A DNA stretch of 64,000 nt from Arcobacteraceae bacterium (GCA_965224485.1 CBDCZH010000019.1:64001-128000), one strand, 5' to 3'; numbered from the stretch's first letter, positions 50,697-61,331 are shown. The notes: a model not told the origin generated them from the sequence alone. Numbers and translations are program-made.

Positions 50697-51066
50697 AAAA
50701 TTTCATTTTTGATGAAATTATAAAATCTTTTATTTTAAGAGTATTTAATTTTAATTTCTACTCTTATTCATCATCTCCATATCATAAACTCTGAACTATT
50801 TTTAAGATGATAATCTAGTTACTTTATTATTACTGAATGTTATAATTTTTTATTATTAAATATTTAATTATTAGTAAATCTCTATATAAACTTAAAATAT
50901 AATACTAATTTAACAATTAATTTACACTTCTTTTGTATTATGTATAAAAAAAGGGAAAAGATGTATAAAAAAATTATTTTTAAGCACTTGAATTTCATAT
51001 ATTGACTACAAATGTATATAAAGCAAGTAATTTTTTAAAAATATATGAAATTAGAAAAGAGATATA

Positions 51067-51726
51067 TTGGAACTAACAACACTGTTTTCTATTTTTATTA
51101 TAGGTTTATCTTACGGAGCAACAGCATGTATGTTTTCTTGCATGCCCTTTCTTAGTCCTTTACTAGTTAGTAATTCAAATAATACAAAACAAGCTTTGGG
51201 AATTATTATACCTTTTAGTTTAGGAAGAATTTTTTCTTATACATTAATAGCAATTATTGCATATCTTAGTTCATCTTTAGTAAAAGAAGTTCTTGATAAT
51301 AATAGTTTATTTAGTATTATTTTAGGAATTAGCACAATCTTTATGGGAATTTTTTTAATATATAAAAGTTATAAGTCCCCTATTTCATGTGGACATTCAA
51401 AATCATTAGTAAAAAAACCAAAATTAAATAAAATTGGTTTTTTTACTATTGGGGCAACAATGTCAGTAAATCCTTGTGCTCCAATTATGGCACTTCTTTC
51501 AGTTGCCCTTAATAGTAACTCTTTTTATAATGCAGCTGCTTTAGGTCTATTTTTTGGACTAGGTGCAGTTATCTTTTCTATCATTTTTTATGGATTTATA
51601 ATATCAAAAATGATTAAAGGATTAATGGCTCAATTTTCATCTTATAAGTTATATATAGAACGACTAGCTGCTATTTTATTAATAATTGTAGGTGTATTAG
51701 TATTAAATGGTGTTTTAATACTTTAA
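51067..51726 (+). CDS. DsbD_2/UreH-like (TauE/SafE-annotated) Cys-containing membrane protein
   Basis: G.S....CMFSCMP; LGRIFSY; PCAP; FGLG. TTG start. Confidence 0.8.
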   Translation: MELTTLFSIFIIGLSYGATACMFSCMPFLSPLLVSNSNNTKQALGIIIPFSLGRIFSYTLIAIIAYLSSSLVKEVLDNNSLFSIILGISTIFMGIFLIYKSYKSPISCGHSKSLVKKPKLNKIGFFTIGATMSVNPCAPIMALLSVALNSNSFYNAAALGLFFGLGAVIFSIIFYGFIISKMIKGLMAQFSSYKLYIERLAAILLIIVGVLVLNGVLIL

Positions 51727-51749
51727 TTTAAAAAAAAACAGGAAATATA

Positions 51750-54125
51750 ATGGTAGATTTTATAAAACGTGACAAAAATGATATTTATTCTAAGCCTATT
51801 TTAGGCTTTTTATTTAAAAATCAAAAATTTTTAATAACTTTAAAAATAGTGGTTTTAGCACTATTTTTATATGCACTTTATTTTGGCTTTGCAAATACAG
51901 GGAAAAACAATATTTTTACAAAAGCTATTTTTTGGGGAATCTTTTGGTCTTTATTTATGGTTGTGACACTTCCCTCATTTGGACGAATTTTTTGTGGAAT
52001 TTGTCCACATGGATTTATGGGTAAATATATCACTAAATTTGGATTAAAAAAAACCATGCCTAAATGGATGCAAAATAAATATATAGGTATATTTTTACTT
52101 GTAATTGGCTGGTGGGCTGTATATTATATGTTTCCAGGACTTTTACGAAGCCCTCTTGGAACTGCTTTAATGTTTACTATTTTAACACTTTTATCTTTTG
52201 TGATTTATTTTATTTATAAAAACATGAGTTATTGTAAATATATCTGTCCAATAGGAACTTTAACTAGTGCCTATTCTAAACTCTCATTTACTTGGCTTGG
52301 CACGTATAAAAGTGCCTGTAGTGAGTGTAAAACATTTGATTGTGCAAAAGCATGTCCGTATAGCTTAAAACCATTTACTTTTGATAAAAAAAATTCTATG
52401 GGTGATTGTACTTTATGTATGGATTGTAGTGATGCCTGTGAGGCTGTTAGTTTTAAATTCAAAAAACCATCAAGCTCACTATTTTCAAACTTTAAAATTG
52501 TAAAAGCTGAAATTTGGGTATATATACTTATATTAGCTTCAATTCCTATAACTATGTCATTTCATCATGGTATTGGAAGAAGTAATGCAGCATCTGAAAT
52601 GATATGGTCAAAAACGGCTGAATTTTTTAAAGCTTTTGTAAATTTTTCTTATATTGATTTTATTGGATTATTTGCTTTTTTGTATGCAGTATTATTTACA
52701 GTACTTGCTGCAACAATTGGTATGTTTATAAGCTCTAAAATACTAAAAAAAGATTTTACAAGTGTATTTTATGATTTAGGCTACTCTTATGCTCCTTTAT
52801 TTATTCTAGGTTCAATTGCTCACTCTTTAGAGGCATTTTTCACAAGAGGATATAAACAAATTCTTGAAGGTTTTGCACAAGGTTTTGGTTTTAGTATTGA
52901 AGTTGCATCTTTAGCAAAAAGAGGTGATTCTTGGCTTCATATGTTTGGCGCGTTAAAATGGATTGCAATTATTTGGGCACTAATTATTTTATATAAAAGA
53001 ATGAAAAGACTTGACGTATCAAAATTAAGAAAAATAATAGCTTACCCTTTTGCTGCATCTTTAGTGATATTTTTCTTAAGTGTTAATATGTATAAAGCTC
53101 ATATTCTTGAAACATATGGAAGAACCTCTAATTCTCATGGAAATCATAATAAACATAAAAATATGAATCACTCTTCTCATAATAACCCTACTTCATATCA
53201 AAATAAAATGATTCAAGAACCTTCTGCTTTAGATAGCATTTATTTTGTAGATAAAGATCCTATGTTAAATAAACAAAGAGCCTCTATGGCTCATAATTAT
53301 GGAAGAAAAAGAGGAGAAATTCCTAGTAAAAAAGTTTGGCCTGTATTTAAAGATGCTTCTAATAGTGTAAATTGTATTAAAGATATAAGTGCTAACTTAT
53401 ATCTACTTGATTATGATTTAAAAGTTACACAAGTAAAACAATCAAAAAAAAGGGGATGTAAAACTATAAGTTTTAAAATGCCTGAAAATGGATACTACAA
53501 TCTTTTTTACACTAATAAAATAGTTAATAATGATATTTTATACAATACCCTAGCAAAATATGAATTTAGAAGATTTAATCATAGCAATGATGCCATTTAT
53601 GATGAGCAAAAAATGTCAGCTCATAGTATAAGAGAGGTTTCTTTTGATATTTTAAGACTTAGAGAAAAAGGTGAAACATTTTATCATAGACTTTATTCTG
53701 GGCAAAAAATTAGATTTAAAGTTTTACTTGATGGAAAAAAAGCTTCAAATATAGATGTAACAATGCAAACAAAAACAGCCTGGGAAAAAACTAGCAAAAC
53801 TAATAAAGAAGGAATAGTTACTTTTACACTTGTAAAAGATTATTTTCCAAAATGGAATGAATTTGATAAAAGACATAAAAATGAGTTTTTAATAAGTGCA
53901 AATTATGCAAAAACGATAAATGGAAGATATGAAAATAAAAAGTATTCAAAGATAAAGTATACAATAAGCTACCCAAGTATGTATTATCCAGAAAGTAGTG
54001 GCTACCAATCATATGCTTATGGATTATTTGCAACAATATTTACTATGCTTATATCTGGATTTGTTATTTATTGGTATAGAAAAAGAAGAGAAAAACCTTT
54101 TCAAGAGGTGAAATTTCATGAATAG
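51750..54125 (+). CDS. Membrane 4Fe-4S protein (NapH/NosR-like CxxxCP motifs) fused to a His-rich linker and a DUF4198-like domain
   Basis: RIFCGICP; YCKYICP; CSECKTFDCAKACP; CTLCMDCSDAC; HGNHNKHKNMNHSSH; GQKIRFKVLLDGK...TNKEGIVTF; C-terminal TM followed by RKRR. Confidence 0.8.
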   Translation: MVDFIKRDKNDIYSKPILGFLFKNQKFLITLKIVVLALFLYALYFGFANTGKNNIFTKAIFWGIFWSLFMVVTLPSFGRIFCGICPHGFMGKYITKFGLKKTMPKWMQNKYIGIFLLVIGWWAVYYMFPGLLRSPLGTALMFTILTLLSFVIYFIYKNMSYCKYICPIGTLTSAYSKLSFTWLGTYKSACSECKTFDCAKACPYSLKPFTFDKKNSMGDCTLCMDCSDACEAVSFKFKKPSSSLFSNFKIVKAEIWVYILILASIPITMSFHHGIGRSNAASEMIWSKTAEFFKAFVNFSYIDFIGLFAFLYAVLFTVLAATIGMFISSKILKKDFTSVFYDLGYSYAPLFILGSIAHSLEAFFTRGYKQILEGFAQGFGFSIEVASLAKRGDSWLHMFGALKWIAIIWALIILYKRMKRLDVSKLRKIIAYPFAASLVIFFLSVNMYKAHILETYGRTSNSHGNHNKHKNMNHSSHNNPTSYQNKMIQEPSALDSIYFVDKDPMLNKQRASMAHNYGRKRGEIPSKKVWPVFKDASNSVNCIKDISANLYLLDYDLKVTQVKQSKKRGCKTISFKMPENGYYNLFYTNKIVNNDILYNTLAKYEFRRFNHSNDAIYDEQKMSAHSIREVSFDILRLREKGETFYHRLYSGQKIRFKVLLDGKKASNIDVTMQTKTAWEKTSKTNKEGIVTFTLVKDYFPKWNEFDKRHKNEFLISANYAKTINGRYENKKYSKIKYTISYPSMYYPESSGYQSYAYGLFATIFTMLISGFVIYWYRKRREKPFQEVKFHE

Positions 54126-55099
54126 AATTAGAAACTTTATAAACAACGCAAATATAAGTAGATTTCGTTTTTTCTTACAATTATTTTTCTTTATAATTTT
54201 TGTTTATGGTAGTTATTTTTCAATAAATCTTGGAAATAAAATCCCTGTATTTTCTTGTGGGTACGACAGAATGAATGGTGCAATGTGTTATTTTTTACCA
54301 CTACAACATCAACTAGCACGTCCTTTAGATGTACTATTTAGTGCTGCTAGTATTACAGTACTAACTGGATTTCTTAACTTTTTTACTTTGGTTTATTGTT
54401 TTTAATAAAGCTTGGTGTGGTTATGCCTGTCCACTTGGAACCATGCAAGATTGGATGACATCATTAAGAAAAAGAATGGGCATACAATACAGTACTTATA
54501 ATCAAGTTCAATTTGATAAATTAAAAAAAATAAAATATATTATGTTAGCCCTTGTTATTCTTGCACCAATGGCTGTTGGAATGGGATTATTAAGTGGTGA
54601 GTGGAGAACTGCTTTTTGCGAAATATGTCCAGGAAGAATGATAACACCTCTATTTGTTGGTGATACATCACAGTGGAGTTTAGACTTTTCAAATACAAGT
54701 GCTATGATTTTGACATCTTTGGGTTTAATGGTTACTGGTTTATTTTTTGTAGGATCGTTTATTAAAAAAAGATTCTTTTGTTTTTTCTGTCCAATGAGTG
54801 CTATGCATTATATTTTTTCTGATGTTTCCGTTCTTAAACTTAAAAAAGATGGGGATAAGTGTACGAAATGTGGTGATTGTTACAATGTTTGTGATATGCA
54901 AATAAAAGATATTGCAGATGATGTTAAAAGTAAAAACATACTAAGAGATGATTGTATATTTTGTATGAAATGTGTAGCTGCTTGTCCTGAAGATGATGCA
55001 TTACATGTTGATATTTTAAATATGAAAGTATTTACATCAACAAAAGGTGGTTTTGTAAAAAGAATGCAGATGGATAAATGGGAGAAAAAAGATGACTAG
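54118..55099 (+). CDS. NapH/MauN-like membrane polyferredoxin, split by a +1 indel near 54372 (about 326 aa restored)
   Basis: Removing one base gives LWFIVFNKAWCGYACPLGTMQDW. Also FCEICP, FCFFCP, CTKCGDCYNVC, CIFCMKCVAACP. Confidence 0.85.
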
Positions 55100-56369
55100 T
55101 GAACTAAATAAACGAAATATAGAAACACCAAAGCAAAGACAAAATCGTCATAAAGCAATGGAAGCTATGAAAGTATTAAATACTATAAGAGAAGATTTTA
55201 CACCCTTTCCTGAAGCGATGAACTATTTTTATGATTTGTTTGAACGAGTATATTGTAAACAAGAATCTTTACATAAGAACAAAGTAAAAGTAGGAACTAT
55301 GTGTATTCAAGTGCCATCTGAGATAATTTATGCACTGGATGCAGTTCCAATTAGATTATGTAACGGATTTTATACAGATGATGAGATAGGAAGTGATTTT
55401 CTTCCATCTAAATCTTGCCCACTTGTAAAAGCAACAGTAGGACAGTTTGCCTCAAAGAATTTTACAGATAAACCAGATGTTATAGTTTCTCCTACGACTT
55501 GTGATCAAAAAACAAAATCAGGAGCAATTATAGAGAGTTTTGGTTACTCAATTTATGATATGGAGTTTCCAAGAACAAAAGAAAGCGCTGAGAGTCGTGA
55601 GTATTGGAGGAGAAGTGTTAGAAAGTTTACAAAAGAGTTATCTTTAAACTTAGGAGTGAAACTAACAAAGAAAAAACTTAAAGAATCAATTCAAAAAATA
55701 GGATATGCGCAACATCTTTATCATAAATTAAATATATTACGAAAAAACTCAAATTCGCCAATTTTAGGTAAAGATATGTTTTTAGTTACAAATGCCTTCT
55801 TTTTTGACAAAATAGATAATTGGATAGAAGCTGTTAAAAACCTTTTAGAAGAGTGTGAGCAAAGAGTTAAAAATGAAGTAAATTCAGCAAGAAAAAGAAG
55901 TCCAAGAATTGTTTATACTGGTTCACCTCCAATATTTCCAAACTTAAAAATACCACTTTTAATAGAACAATCTGATGCAATAATTGTAGCAGATGAAACT
56001 TGTAGTTCAAATAGAATGTTTAATGACATGATTAGCGTGGATGAATGGTTTGTAAATGATATGGTTGATTCTATTGCAGATAAATACCTTAAAGGGTGTA
56101 CCTGCCCAATATTCACTAAAAATAATGACAGAATAAGAAGAATTATAGATCTTGTTAAAACTTATAAAGCTGAAGGTGTAGTTTATCAAGCATTTGCAGG
56201 TTGCCAAGTATATGAAATGGAGCAAAGATCAGTTTTACAAGCAATGGAAAAAGAAGCAATTCCTATATTGTATATAGAAAGTGATTATTCTCCAAGTCAT
56301 TTAGGACAATTAACCACAAGAATTGAGGCATTTGTAGAGTCTTTAAAAAATAGAAGAAGGAAAAAATAG
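55092..56369 (+). CDS. 2-hydroxyacyl-CoA dehydratase (HGD-D) superfamily protein with a double-cubane-cluster-protein-like Cys pattern
   Basis: GTMC, RLCNG, LP..SCPLVK, TTCD.K.K, DETCS, CTCP, GCQVY, ESDYS....GQL.TRIEAFVE; 425 aa. Confidence 0.85.
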   Translation: MTSELNKRNIETPKQRQNRHKAMEAMKVLNTIREDFTPFPEAMNYFYDLFERVYCKQESLHKNKVKVGTMCIQVPSEIIYALDAVPIRLCNGFYTDDEIGSDFLPSKSCPLVKATVGQFASKNFTDKPDVIVSPTTCDQKTKSGAIIESFGYSIYDMEFPRTKESAESREYWRRSVRKFTKELSLNLGVKLTKKKLKESIQKIGYAQHLYHKLNILRKNSNSPILGKDMFLVTNAFFFDKIDNWIEAVKNLLEECEQRVKNEVNSARKRSPRIVYTGSPPIFPNLKIPLLIEQSDAIIVADETCSSNRMFNDMISVDEWFVNDMVDSIADKYLKGCTCPIFTKNNDRIRRIIDLVKTYKAEGVVYQAFAGCQVYEMEQRSVLQAMEKEAIPILYIESDYSPSHLGQLTTRIEAFVESLKNRRRKK

Positions 56370-57178
56370 TGAAATATTTCGCAGGAATAGATATAGGTTC
56401 AACTGCTATAAAAGTTGCATTAGTAAATGAAAATCAAGACTTAGTTGGACATAGAATTAGTGCTAGTGGAAGTATGTTTTATAAATATGCAAAACAGAGT
56501 TTAAAAGAAATGCTTGAAAATCTAAATATAGATGAAAAGGATTTAGTTTATACAGTTTCAACTGGCTATGGAAGAAAACTTTTTAAAGAAGCAGATGAAA
56601 ACATAAGTGAAATTACAGCAAATGCTATGGGTGCTGTTGCTGCTGCTAAAGGTAAGTGTAATATAAAAACTATTATAAATATAGGTGGTCAAGATTCAAA
56701 AGCTATTTCACTTGATAGTGAAGGAAATGTAGTGAATTTTGCCATGAATGATAGATGTGCAGCAGGAACTGGAAAATTTCTAGATGTTGTGGCTATGAAT
56801 TTAGAACTTGAAGTTGATGAGTTAGGTGATCGTCATTTTAAATCAAAAGGAACTCCTTTAGCTATAAATAGTACTTGTGCGGTATTTGCAGAATCAGAAA
56901 TTATTGGACTTTTAGGAAATAATCATAGCGTTGAAGATATAGTAGCAGGCGTTCACTACTCAATAGCAAAAAGAGTTATAAAACTAGTTAAAAGAGTTGG
57001 GATAAAAGACTCTATTTATTTTGATGGAGGACCTGCTTTAAATAAAGGTTTAGTTCACTCACTAGAAAATGAATTAGGAAAAGAGATTTTTATACCTGAA
57101 TTTCCACAAATCACCACATCTTATGGAGCAGCTATTTTGGCATATGAAGCTTATACTTATGAAAATGAGGAAAATTAA
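56369..57178 (+). CDS. ASKHA [4Fe-4S] ATP-dependent activase (HgdC/BadF-G/DCCP-reductase-like)
   Basis: GIDIGST; TGYGR; IGGQDSK; MNDRCAAGTG.FL; STCAVFAESE. GTG start overlaps the upstream stop. Confidence 0.93.
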   Translation: MKYFAGIDIGSTAIKVALVNENQDLVGHRISASGSMFYKYAKQSLKEMLENLNIDEKDLVYTVSTGYGRKLFKEADENISEITANAMGAVAAAKGKCNIKTIINIGGQDSKAISLDSEGNVVNFAMNDRCAAGTGKFLDVVAMNLELEVDELGDRHFKSKGTPLAINSTCAVFAESEIIGLLGNNHSVEDIVAGVHYSIAKRVIKLVKRVGIKDSIYFDGGPALNKGLVHSLENELGKEIFIPEFPQITTSYGAAILAYEAYTYENEEN

Positions 57179-57183
57179 AATAT

Positions 57184-60100
57184 ATGTTTGATAGAGTTTT
57201 AAAATTTTTTATTGAAAACTATAAAATAAACTATGCTTTGTTTTTATTACTTTTTATTATTGGTATTTATTCATATAATAAAATACCAAAAGAGATATCT
57301 CCTAGTATTGAAGCCAATAGTGTAACAATAAGAGGTTCTTACAGTGGTGCTTCTGTTGATATTTTAAATAAAATGGCAGTACAAGAGATTGAAAATGAGA
57401 CTAAAAATATAAATGGTGTGAAATCTATAACTTCGGTTATTTCACCAGGTAGATTTTCTATTATTTTAGAACTTAATAAAAGTGCAAATAAACTTAAAGT
57501 AAGAGAAGATGTTAAAGATGCTATAAACACGATAAAATCAAATCTTCCAAGTGATATGAATGAACCTATTGTAAAAAATGTTGCTCATTCAAGAAGTATT
57601 ATGCATGTATCAATTCTTTCATCAAAAGTTCCAAATTATATATTAAAAGATTTAGCTAAAAAATTTAAAAATAAACTTCTAAATTTAAAAAACATTTCAG
57701 ATGTTACTATATTTGGAGACTCTAAGAGGTTTTATGAAGTTTTGATAAATGAAAAAAAGGTTGCCGCATATAATCTTAGTTTAGATGATATTTTAAAAAC
57801 CATTTCTGAGCTATCTTATATTTATCCTTTGGGAAAAATCAATGATATAAAAAAACAATATTACCTCTCAACTTCAAATGGTAAAAGATTCTCAAATGAA
57901 TTTGAAAATACTATTTTAAATATTAATAATCAAAAAATTATGTTAAAAGATATAGCAAAAATCAATAAACGATATGAAGATTCTTCAACATTAGCTAGTA
58001 TGAATGCTAAAAATTCCATAACCTTAGCTATTTCTCAAAATCCAAAAGGTGATGCAATAAGAATAGCAAAAAGCATAAATGAACTTATTTCAAAAATGAA
58101 AATAAAAGATGTTGATTTTGATATAAGAAGAGATCAATCAAGTATTATAAAAGATAGATTAAATATTGTTATTTCAAATATTTTACTTGCAATTATACTT
58201 ATAACATTTTTAACATTTTTACTTATAAATATTCGTATGGCATTTATAATTGCACTTGGAATTCCAACATCATTTATGTTAGGTTCTATTTATTTTTATT
58301 TTACAGGATATAGTATAAATATAAACTCTTTAATTGGTGTTTTAATAGCAATTGGAATTATTGTTGATGATGCTATAGTTGTAAGTGAAAATATACAACA
58401 ATATATTGAAAAAGGGTATTCACCTAAGCAAGCAGCATTCTTAGGAACAAAAGAAGTTGCAAAACCAGTAATCCTAGCTACAATTACTACACTATTTGCT
58501 TTTATACCTTTGTTAATGTTAAGTGGAAGATTAGGAGAGATAATACAACTTATTCCTATTGCCTTTAGTGCTTTAGTAATAGCATCTCTAATAGAATCTT
58601 TTATTTTTTTACCAATTCACGCTACACATATATTGAATAAAAACTCAAGAACTCTTTCTTGGGATAAAATCAATAATTTATATTCAAAACTACTTCAAGT
58701 ATTTGTGAAATATCAAAAAAGCTTTTTATTGATGTTTTTAATAATAGTACCTATTTTAATATATACTGGCGTTAAGAATTCTAAGTTTCAGATGTTTCAA
58801 TCTTTTGATGCAAGCTCAATTAGTATTACATTTAAAGCAATGCCTACAACTAGCCTAGAAGAATCTTTAAAAATAGTACAAAAAATAGAAAAAGATATCT
58901 TAGAAAATGCAGACAAATTTTATGTAAAAAATGTAAGTTCAACTGCTGGATATAGGAAAAGTGCTACAGGAGGTGCTGAAATGTATCCTTATGTTGGATA
59001 TATATCTCTTGAACTTTTCAAGAAAAAACCATCAAATTTTGTTGATATTTATATCACTCCATATTTAAGTTTTTATTATGATGATAAAGACAAAATAAGA
59101 GATGTTTCTTCACAAAAAATATCAAAAGAATTACGAAAATGGCTAAAAATACAAAAATACAAAAAAAGATTTAACTTAAGTAATCTAATGGTTGTAGAAA
59201 AAAGAATGGGTCATGTAAAAGCTGATATTAGAATTGGTGTTGTAAGTGATGATTATCAAAAAGCCATAAAAGCAGTCAGAATACTTGAAAATAGTTTTGA
59301 AAAGATTAAAGGAATAAAATATTTTGGTGATAATATCAAAATGGGTGCAGATGAGATAAAACTGAAAATAAATTCTTATGGTGAAAAGCTTGGCATTACA
59401 GAAAGATTTTTAGGTAATTATATTTCAAATTTATATTTATCAAAAACTTCTGGTGTAATATTTGATAATAAAGAACTTTTAGATGTAAAAATAAAATCCT
59501 TCAATAAAGATGATTTTGAAAATTTCAATCTACTTTCCATACCACTAAAAGATGGTTCATCTGTACAACTTAAAGATATTTGTAAATTTGAAATAATAAA
59601 ATCTTTAGAAAAATTAGTTAAAGATAATGGGGAAACAAACTTTTATGTTTTTGCAAATGTAAACCCATCTATTATAACAGCCAGTGAAGTCATAGAAAAA
59701 ATACAAGCTATAATAAAAAAACTCAAAAAAGATGGAATTAGATTAAAATTTAAAGGAGAAGCACAACAGAAAGAAACTTTAAAAACAGAAATGATTTTAG
59801 CATCAGCCTTAGCTATAGTTTTAATTTTTATCTCTATTTTGTATTTGTTTAATTCATTAAGAGAAACATTTATTGTTATGTCGGTTATTCCCTTTTCATT
59901 TCTTGGTGTATTTTTAGGACATTATATTATGGGTCTAAATATTTCACTTCCTTCTTTAGTAGGGGCATTGGGACTTGCTGGTGTTATTGTAAATGATGGT
60001 ATTATTATGATGGCAACAATAAAAACAGCTAAGCATAAAAGTGATATTTTTTCTTTAGCAAAAAGAAGATTTAGACCAATTATATTGACTTCTATAACTA

Positions 60101-60276
60101 CAATTATAGGTTTAGCATCTTTGATATTTTTTGCATCTGCACAGGCTGTAACTTTTCAACCACTAGCAGTAACTATTGGTTTTGGTCTTTTATGGGGTAC
60201 GATATTAAACCTAATATACCTACCTGTTATGTATAGTTTTTTACGCCAATTTTTAAATAAAGATATAAGTAAATAG
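57184..60276 (+). CDS. RND efflux transporter permease (AcrB/CzcA superfamily)
   Basis: 1030 aa; GIIVDDAIVV.ENI; GVIVNDGI; RFRPIILTS.TT. Confidence 0.93.
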   Translation: MFDRVLKFFIENYKINYALFLLLFIIGIYSYNKIPKEISPSIEANSVTIRGSYSGASVDILNKMAVQEIENETKNINGVKSITSVISPGRFSIILELNKSANKLKVREDVKDAINTIKSNLPSDMNEPIVKNVAHSRSIMHVSILSSKVPNYILKDLAKKFKNKLLNLKNISDVTIFGDSKRFYEVLINEKKVAAYNLSLDDILKTISELSYIYPLGKINDIKKQYYLSTSNGKRFSNEFENTILNINNQKIMLKDIAKINKRYEDSSTLASMNAKNSITLAISQNPKGDAIRIAKSINELISKMKIKDVDFDIRRDQSSIIKDRLNIVISNILLAIILITFLTFLLINIRMAFIIALGIPTSFMLGSIYFYFTGYSININSLIGVLIAIGIIVDDAIVVSENIQQYIEKGYSPKQAAFLGTKEVAKPVILATITTLFAFIPLLMLSGRLGEIIQLIPIAFSALVIASLIESFIFLPIHATHILNKNSRTLSWDKINNLYSKLLQVFVKYQKSFLLMFLIIVPILIYTGVKNSKFQMFQSFDASSISITFKAMPTTSLEESLKIVQKIEKDILENADKFYVKNVSSTAGYRKSATGGAEMYPYVGYISLELFKKKPSNFVDIYITPYLSFYYDDKDKIRDVSSQKISKELRKWLKIQKYKKRFNLSNLMVVEKRMGHVKADIRIGVVSDDYQKAIKAVRILENSFEKIKGIKYFGDNIKMGADEIKLKINSYGEKLGITERFLGNYISNLYLSKTSGVIFDNKELLDVKIKSFNKDDFENFNLLSIPLKDGSSVQLKDICKFEIIKSLEKLVKDNGETNFYVFANVNPSIITASEVIEKIQAIIKKLKKDGIRLKFKGEAQQKETLKTEMILASALAIVLIFISILYLFNSLRETFIVMSVIPFSFLGVFLGHYIMGLNISLPSLVGALGLAGVIVNDGIIMMATIKTAKHKSDIFSLAKRRFRPIILTSITTIIGLASLIFFASAQAVTFQPLAVTIGFGLLWGTILNLIYLPVMYSFLRQFLNKDISK

Positions 60277-60296
60277 GCACAATTAATATGTTAATC

Positions 60297-60896
60297 TTAT
60301 TTGTCTATTAACCAAGAATTTTTAACAGCTAGATTGATTTCACTTTTAACATATGACCATAGTTTAGGAGATAAATCTTTAAGATAAGAGTTTCTTTTTA
60401 GAACTTGAGATTTTGAGATTTTATGCTCCATCCAAGTTCCTCCTTCACATCTCATATTTATAAGTAAGGGTAAAATTCTATCAATAGATTTAGCAAAAAT
60501 AGAATCATTACTTTTACATTCTTCAAACTCTAACCATAAAGAGTTAAACTCTTCTTTTTGCCAAGATGGAAGAATAGAAAAAAGCCTTTTTGCAGCTTTT
60601 AGTTCTTTTATTTCTTGTTCTTTATGATTTATCTCTTCTGCAAAAGCAAATAAATCACCTGAGTCTATTTCAATAATATCATGAATTAAAAGCATTTTGA
60701 TAACTCTTAAAATATCTATTTTTTTAACTGCATACTCTTTTAGTAAAACAGCTGATAATGCGATTTGCCAAGAATGTTCAGCTGAATTCTCTCTTCTAGC
60801 CTTATCACTTTGAACTCGTGTTTGCCTATAAACTGCTTTTAATTTATCAATTTCCATTATAAAATCTACTTGCTGTTTTAACTCATTCATTTTCAA
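60297..60896 (-). CDS. HD-domain hydrolase (HD_3 type)
   Basis: IDKLK.V.R; ENSAEHSW; IHDI.EI..GD; D R..P. Confidence 0.9.
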   Translation of the reverse strand: MKMNELKQQVDFIMEIDKLKAVYRQTRVQSDKARRENSAEHSWQIALSAVLLKEYAVKKIDILRVIKMLLIHDIIEIDSGDLFAFAEEINHKEQEIKELKAAKRLFSILPSWQKEEFNSLWLEFEECKSNDSIFAKSIDRILPLLINMRCEGGTWMEHKISKSQVLKRNSYLKDLSPKLWSYVKSEINLAVKNSWLIDK

Positions 60897-61067
60897 CCTA
60901 TTTATTAATTTTTTCTTAGAATATTCTAAAAGAGACCACTAACTCTTCACACTTTAGCATTTTTATAATATTTTTTACATTATTTTAAAAATCTCTTATA
61001 TTATACATATTATGGTATAAGTCATTAGCACAATAACTTAATATGACAAACATTAAGAGGAGTAATA

Positions 61068-61331
61068 ATGCAAAGAGAAGAAGAATTAAAAGAACTATTT
61101 ACAGGTCTTAGAAATGTACTTTTTTATGTAGGTCATGGAAAATATAATGATTATATGAGTACTAAAGAAGTTCTAAAAATTAAAGAAAAATTACAAAAAA
61201 TACTTGATTTTCAGATAAAGTATAAAAAAGCTAAAACAGATGAAGAAAAAGAACTTATTTATAAAAAAATATCAAAATATAAAACATTTAGCGTAAAAGA
61301 TTTTATTGACTATAAACTAGAAGATATATAA
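61068..61331 (+). CDS. Hypothetical protein
   Basis: GAGGAG RBS, TGGTATAA upstream; 87 aa. Confidence 0.7.
   Translation: MQREEELKELFTGLRNVLFYVGHGKYNDYMSTKEVLKIKEKLQKILDFQIKYKKAKTDEEKELIYKKISKYKTFSVKDFIDYKLEDI

Noticed and set aside
55092..57178. Classical 2-hydroxyglutaryl-CoA dehydratase or benzoyl-CoA reductase pathway
   Set aside because: Only one dehydratase-family subunit, and no CoA-transferase, ligase or aromatic-degradation genes nearby.
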